The translations under genes and the position numbers were made by a program. Of a stretch of 52,697 bases of DNA, positions 48,091 through 52,697 are shown piece by piece. The notes below the pieces were generated by a model, which saw nothing but the letters and a program-made list of their open reading frames with translations, made no database searches and had not been told where the DNA came from. The DNA is from an uncultured Gemmatimonadota bacterium. GTDB lineage: Bacteria > GCA-2686955. Location: the NCBI GenBank assembly GCA_964490075.1, contig CAZBBK010000009.1, positions 62,001 to 114,697 on the forward strand, given 5' to 3'. Positions within the stretch are counted from its first letter, which is position 1. Each line of letters begins with the position of its first letter.

Positions 48091-50004
48091 TCAGCCGCGC
48101 TCCTCGCCCGCGCCGCTCAGCAGCTCCAGCAGCGCGATCGCGGCGCGCCGCACCCGCGCGTCCGGCGCCGGCGGCGGGCTCTGCAATCGGCCGGCGAAAG
48201 GCGGCGGCGCGTCTTCCTCGCGCAGGGTCCGCAGGCTGCTCCGCAGCAGCTCGCTCAGCAGCTCCAGGAAGGCCCGCGCCATTCCGGTTCCGTGCGGCGC
48301 CACCTCGTGCGCGAAGATCCCGCCGCCGTCGAGCGCGGCGTGGGAGCGATAGGCGGCGACCAGCAGCTCGGCGGCATGGCGGGCGCCTGTCCGCAGCAGC
48401 AGGTGCCGGCGCATCAGGTCGGCCACCTGCTCGAGCGCGGCGACCGACGCGCCGCCGCGCTCCAGAGTGCGGGGCATCAGGTCGACCCAGGCGGCGGTGG
48501 CCAGATAGGTGGTGACGAAGGGCGGATCGAGCGCGACGCGCTCCGGCTCGCGGCCGCGGGTCGGCATCAGCTGGTAGGAGTCGACCGTCTCGACGACCTC
48601 GACCTGTCCGAGCACCGGCAGCGAGCCTTCGGCGAGCAACGGGAAGGCGCGCCACACTTCGATGATCTCGTGGTGGCGGCGGTGGTGGGGATCGGTCCGG
48701 CGGCCGGAGGCGATGGCGCCGGGCTTCTCGATCGACACCCGGATCTCACGCTCTTCCAAATCGACCTCGCGCACCCGGAAATGCCGCTCTCCGAGTCCCA
48801 GGATCGCCCCGGGATGGGCCAGACGCGCCACTTCGCCGTGGTGGAGCGAGGCGACGATCTCGCTGCGCCGGCCGCGGGTCTGCACCTGGAAGGGGTCGCG
48901 CTCCGGCGCCTCTGGCAACACCAGCGCCGCCGGCGGCACCCAGCCGCAGTAGCGCCAGATCGGCTGCTCGCATTCGTCGTCGGCGTGCTCCTCCTGCACC
49001 TGGCGCTCCCTGAGGGGCTCGAGCGACCCCCAGGCTCCTTCGCCGAACCAGCGGTCGTCGTCCTGGGCCAGCGGCACCTCGGCGGCCGCGGCCAGCAGAT
49101 GGGCTCTGCGAAAAGCCTCCGAGTCGGGATCGCAGGCGGCGTGGCGCGGGGCCGGCGGCGCCGGCGTGCAGAGGCGCTGCCCCGCGGCCGGGTCGTCGAT
49201 CGACCAGATCCCGGGCGCCGCCGGGGCTCCCGCGGCGCCCGCGCCGCGCAAGGCGATCTCGCTCCAGCCCTGGGCCGCGAGCATCTCGCGAAGCCGATCG
49301 GCGCTCGGCGCCTCCGGCGCTCTGAGGTCGACCACGAGCCAGGGGGCGCGCAGGACCGCATCGCCGGCGTGTTCCTCGGCCGCCGCCCCCAGCAGGGCCT
49401 CGGCATGAGGGTGGCCGTTCGAGAGCCCGGTCCCGGTCACGACGCGCGTCAGCGCCGGCAGGTCGGCGAGCTCGCCTTCCCACTGCCGCCGGCTGCGCTC
49501 GGCGATGCGCGTCGCCCGGCGCAGCAGCAGGCCGGCGTGGCTGCCAAGCGCTCCGGTGAGCTCCTGGGCGTCCTGCAAGGCGAGGAGCGAGAGACGCCGC
49601 CAGATGTGGCGCCAGTGCTCACAGTGGACCAGCAAGGGATCGTGCAAGGCGCCCGCCTCGGCGACCACGATCCGCGCCTCGCGCCGCGATACCCGCGCGC
49701 CACGCGCCAGCCGCAGAGTCGCACGGGCCCCGGCGTGCTCCAGCGCCTGCTCCATCCGCAGCGCGCCGGCGGGGTCGGCGACGACGATCAGTAGGCTGCC
49801 GGGCGTGTCGTGCTCCAGGCGCACCGCGAGGCGCGCCAACCACCGGCCGTCGGGCGCGTCGACCCAGAGATCGCGCCCGCCGACGAGCTCGGCGGGGTCG
49901 AGATCGGGCGGATCGGGCAGCACCAGATCGCGCTGGGCCACGACGGTCCCACCGAGCGCTTCGATCGCCTCGGCGACGCGCGCGGCGCCCGGCAGGGCGA
50001 TCAT
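48091..50004 (-). CDS. Degenerate MrfA/Hrq1 (DUF1998) helicase-like protein
   Basis: AHPGAILGLGERHFRVREVDLE, GQVEVVETVDSY, IFAHEVAPHGTGMA resemble the C-terminal half of DUF1998 helicases. No Walker A, DEAH box or Cys cluster. Confidence 0.55.
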   Translation of the reverse strand: MIALPGAARVAEAIEALGGTVVAQRDLVLPDPPDLDPAELVGGRDLWVDAPDGRWLARLAVRLEHDTPGSLLIVVADPAGALRMEQALEHAGARATLRLARGARVSRREARIVVAEAGALHDPLLVHCEHWRHIWRRLSLLALQDAQELTGALGSHAGLLLRRATRIAERSRRQWEGELADLPALTRVVTGTGLSNGHPHAEALLGAAAEEHAGDAVLRAPWLVVDLRAPEAPSADRLREMLAAQGWSEIALRGAGAAGAPAAPGIWSIDDPAAGQRLCTPAPPAPRHAACDPDSEAFRRAHLLAAAAEVPLAQDDDRWFGEGAWGSLEPLRERQVQEEHADDECEQPIWRYCGWVPPAALVLPEAPERDPFQVQTRGRRSEIVASLHHGEVARLAHPGAILGLGERHFRVREVDLEEREIRVSIEKPGAIASGRRTDPHHRRHHEIIEVWRAFPLLAEGSLPVLGQVEVVETVDSYQLMPTRGREPERVALDPPFVTTYLATAAWVDLMPRTLERGGASVAALEQVADLMRRHLLLRTGARHAAELLVAAYRSHAALDGGGIFAHEVAPHGTGMARAFLELLSELLRSSLRTLREEDAPPPFAGRLQSPPPAPDARVRRAAIALLELLSGAGEERG

Positions 50005-50657
50005 GGCGACCCCTCCCTCGGCTGCTTCGCGGCACCGGGCGCAGGGTCGGGGCCGGGGTCGGTCAGGCGGATGGTGATGCCCACCGGATCGACGCGCAGC
50101 TCTTCGACGCCAGGCCAGAGCGGCACCGCCTGGGTGAGGCGGACCGGCTCGGCGCAGCCCAGCCAGGAGCCGAGCAACGACTCGACCAGCGATTGCGGCA
50201 AGGGGATTCGACCCGTCGAGGCTCTGCGGAAGGTGAGCTGGATCCGCCCCGAGGAGGTCCCAAGACCGGTTTCACAGTAGACCTCGCGCGCGGAGGCCTG
50301 ATCGAGCAAGGAGCGGAGGAGCTCGAAATCGTCCGGCACCAGCGCTCCGGGCGCCACCCTCATCCAAGCCCGAATGTGGCCCCGACCGAGCTCGATGCGC
50401 GCGGCGTCGACCCCGGACAGCGCCTCGGCACGCCGGGCGACGTAGAGGTTCAGCTCCTGCTGCGAAAGCACGATGCGCCCCTTCTCCTGCACCGACGCCA
50501 GCTCTCCCGCCATCAGAGCGTCGATCTTGCGCTCGATGTCGACGGTCTCGGGGTCGGCGGGGCTCTGCTCGGGCGGTGCCGCCCACGCCGCGAGGCTCAG
50601 CGCCAGGCAAAGCGCGAGCGCCTGCGCGGTGCCGCGCTTCCGACGCTGTTCGATCAG
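50001..50657 (-). CDS. Hypothetical secreted protein; probable CTG start
   Basis: The track ORF 50001-50513 stays open upstream through a signal peptide (IEQRRKRGTAQALALCLALSLAAWA-APP) to a CTG overlapping the upstream TGA. Confidence 0.55.
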   Translation of the reverse strand: MIEQRRKRGTAQALALCLALSLAAWAAPPEQSPADPETVDIERKIDALMAGELASVQEKGRIVLSQQELNLYVARRAEALSGVDAARIELGRGHIRAWMRVAPGALVPDDFELLRSLLDQASAREVYCETGLGTSSGRIQLTFRRASTGRIPLPQSLVESLLGSWLGCAEPVRLTQAVPLWPGVEELRVDPVGITIRLTDPGPDPAPGAAKQPREGSP

Positions 50658-51328
50658 CTCTCTGCCTCGGCTTGCGGCTGGGGGGCCGGTGGATCCTGGT
50701 CGGTCATGCTCTCCAGAGGCTCGTCAGTGGCGGGCGCCGCCTCGGCCGCCGCCGAATCGGGCGGACCCATGCCCTGGTTGGGCACGAAGGGCTCGAGCTC
50801 CACGGTCTCCTCCCAGGAGTAGACGCCGCTGTCGATCCAGTCCTCGGAGGCGCTGCTCCGGATCTCGTATCCGAATTCCTTGACCATCAAGGTGTAGGGG
50901 CCCTCGTCGAAGGGGCTGCGCAGGGTCTCCCAATCGAGCAGGTAGGGGGCGAGATCGGCGATGTTGCGCTCGACGAGCTGCGGCGCCTCTTCATCGGTGA
51001 GCGCTTCCTCGCCGTCGCCCTCCAGTCCTTCGTCCAGCGGCAGGTCTTCGAGGAGCTCGTCGTCGAGCATTTCGTCGTCCAGCGATTCGTCGTCGAGCGT
51101 CTCGGCGCCGAAATCGTCGCCCTCGCCGTCCCACTGCAGCGCGGCCATGTGGGCGATCTCGTAGAGGATCTCGGCGTATTCGAGCGCCCGCAGGTTCTCG
51201 CGGTCCTGGGCAACGCGCAGCGGATGCTGCACCAGGGAGCTGCGCTGGATCGCCAGGACCGCGACGATGATCACGGCCACGACGATGGTGAGGATGTCGA
51301 TGGTGGCGAGGCCCCGCGTGCGTTTCAT
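50654..51328 (-). CDS. Type IV pilin-like protein with an acidic insertion
   Basis: GAGG RBS; MKRTRG|LATIDILTIVVAVIIVAVLAI class III-like signal peptide; D/E-rich central tract. Confidence 0.6.
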   Translation of the reverse strand: MKRTRGLATIDILTIVVAVIIVAVLAIQRSSLVQHPLRVAQDRENLRALEYAEILYEIAHMAALQWDGEGDDFGAETLDDESLDDEMLDDELLEDLPLDEGLEGDGEEALTDEEAPQLVERNIADLAPYLLDWETLRSPFDEGPYTLMVKEFGYEIRSSASEDWIDSGVYSWEETVELEPFVPNQGMGPPDSAAAEAAPATDEPLESMTDQDPPAPQPQAEAES

Positions 51329-51410
51329 GGTGTTCCTCTGGCTGGGGAGGCCGATGGAGCGAGGCCGGAGCATAACGGAGGCTGGGTTCGGAGGCCAGAG
51401 TGAGGCGCCG

Positions 51411-52697
51411 CTACTTCATCAGCACCATGCGCTGAATCTGGCGGCTGGCGCCGGCCTCGAGCACGGCGAGGTAGATGCCGCTGGCGACCGGCGCGCCGCT
51501 CTGGTCGGAGCCGTCCCAGACGAAGACGCGGGCGCCGGGGTCGAGCGGGCCCTGGTGCAGCAGGCGGACGCGGCGGCCGGCGATGTCGAAGATCGCCAGG
51601 CGGACCGGGGCGGGGGCGTCGAGGTCGATGCGCAGGTGGGTTCTGGGATTGAAGGGGTTGGGCGCGGGGGCGGCGAGGCGGGCGAGGGCGGGCGGCGGCG
51701 GGGGCGCGGCGCCGATCCCGGTGGCGGGCTGGGTCTTGCAGCCGACGGTGTTGACCAGGGTGGTATCGCGGCCGGCGTGGAAGAGGGTCAGGAGGGGGCC
51801 CTCGTAGAGGGCGGCGGGCTCGCTGACGTCGCGGCCGTCCCAGGCGTCGGGGGCGGCGGTGGCGAGGACGGGATTGGCGTAGTTACGGGTCCAGTCGATG
51901 CCGTCGGCGGAGCGGGCGGCGCCGATGCGCAGGGTGTCGCCGTCGGTGCCGGCATACCAGAGGGTCCACTGCGAGCCGCGCCAGGCGACGTCGAGGCTGG
52001 GGGTGCCGAAGGACTCCCAGGGGGCGGCGCCGGTGAGGACGGGGGTGGAGGGGGAGGTGGACCAGAAGATGCCGTCGGGGGAGATGGCGCGGCCGATCTT
52101 CCAGGGGACTTCGGTGCTGTCCTGGAGGCCGACGAACCACATGGTGTAGTCGCCGTCGAGGAGCTCGACCGACTTGAAGAGGGCGAGGTCGCTCCAGGAG
52201 GTTTGGCCGCTGAAGACCGGGAGCGAGGGCGAGCGCTGGAAGGAGCGGCCGCCGTCGGCGGACAGGGCGCGGCCGATGCGGTAGACGGCGCCGTCGAAGC
52301 CGCCGTAGTAGAGGAGCAGGTCGCCGGCGTCGTCACGCAGGACGCTGGGGGCGGCGACGCCGAGCACGTCGAAGCTGCCGATCGGGCCTTCGCTCAGGGC
52401 CGGCTGGCAGGAGCGGATCCAGGTGGCGCCCTGGTCGAGGGAGTAGGCGAAGCCGAGGCGGGTGGGGCCGTCGGGGGTGCCGTCGAAGCCGGTGTACCAG
52501 ACTTTGAGAGTGTCTTGATCCTGGAGGACGCAGGGGCCCCAGATGTCGGCCTGGTCGAAGCAGCCGGGGTCGCCGAGGACGATGCCGGGGTCGGGGGAGC
52601 AGCGGGTCCAGGGGGAGGCTTGGGAGGGGCGGGGGTCGGCATCGGGGCGGGCCAGGTAGAGGCCGGCGGCGACCGGGCGGTTGCGGTCGTCGCGCCC
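51411..52697 (-). CDS. GH32/43/130-like five-bladed beta-propeller protein with FlgD-Ig/CTD tail (5' end outside the window)
   Basis: Frame open to the window edge (...DTLKVWYTGFDG...RLGFAYSLDQGATW...). Repeated WYxG...IGxAxSxDGxxW...PVL units. Tail PNPFNPRT...WDGSDQSGAPVASGIY. Confidence 0.8.
   Translation of the reverse strand, partial: GRDDRNRPVAAGLYLARPDADPRPSQASPWTRCSPDPGIVLGDPGCFDQADIWGPCVLQDQDTLKVWYTGFDGTPDGPTRLGFAYSLDQGATWIRSCQPALSEGPIGSFDVLGVAAPSVLRDDAGDLLLYYGGFDGAVYRIGRALSADGGRSFQRSPSLPVFSGQTSWSDLALFKSVELLDGDYTMWFVGLQDSTEVPWKIGRAISPDGIFWSTSPSTPVLTGAAPWESFGTPSLDVAWRGSQWTLWYAGTDGDTLRIGAARSADGIDWTRNYANPVLATAAPDAWDGRDVSEPAALYEGPLLTLFHAGRDTTLVNTVGCKTQPATGIGAAPPPPPALARLAAPAPNPFNPRTHLRIDLDAPAPVRLAIFDIAGRRVRLLHQGPLDPGARVFVWDGSDQSGAPVASGIYLAVLEAGASRQIQRMVLMK

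Overview
High-GC bacterial chromosomal segment with about 40 real genes. I saw no rRNA, tRNA, CRISPR array or transposase. C-terminal 'P[NS]PFNPxT...GxY..R' FlgD-Ig/T9SS-CTD-like tails, the futalosine pathway and a short Bacteroidota-type RpoD suggest an FCB-superphylum lineage (inference). Left to right: (1) a regulatory block (REC-PAS histidine kinase, NtrC-type activator, FliA/WhiG sigma factor behind a perfect sigma54 promoter, DegP, RpoD-like sigma factor); (2) a small sigma54-driven orphan, then mqnE-mqnC-GAF activator-DUF502; (3) an accessory stretch of secreted proteins, vapBC, a CotH kinase and a pseudokinase; (4) hydA and a lon-arfB-ycaQ-methyltransferase cluster; (5) M23 peptidase, lptFG, acs and ETF-QO; (6) a compact, atypical type IV filament operon; (7) gene remnants, a catalytically eroded DUF1998 helicase-like gene, a second pilin-like gene and a partial beta-propeller gene. 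The type IV filament operon is the best candidate for an undescribed system. Its putative major pilin has a two-residue leader (MG-QQQILL, no Glu5), PilC has a duplicated N-terminal module, PilT has a substituted Asp box, the alignment proteins look fused, and the secretin is short. All calls come from motif recognition; no database searches were run.
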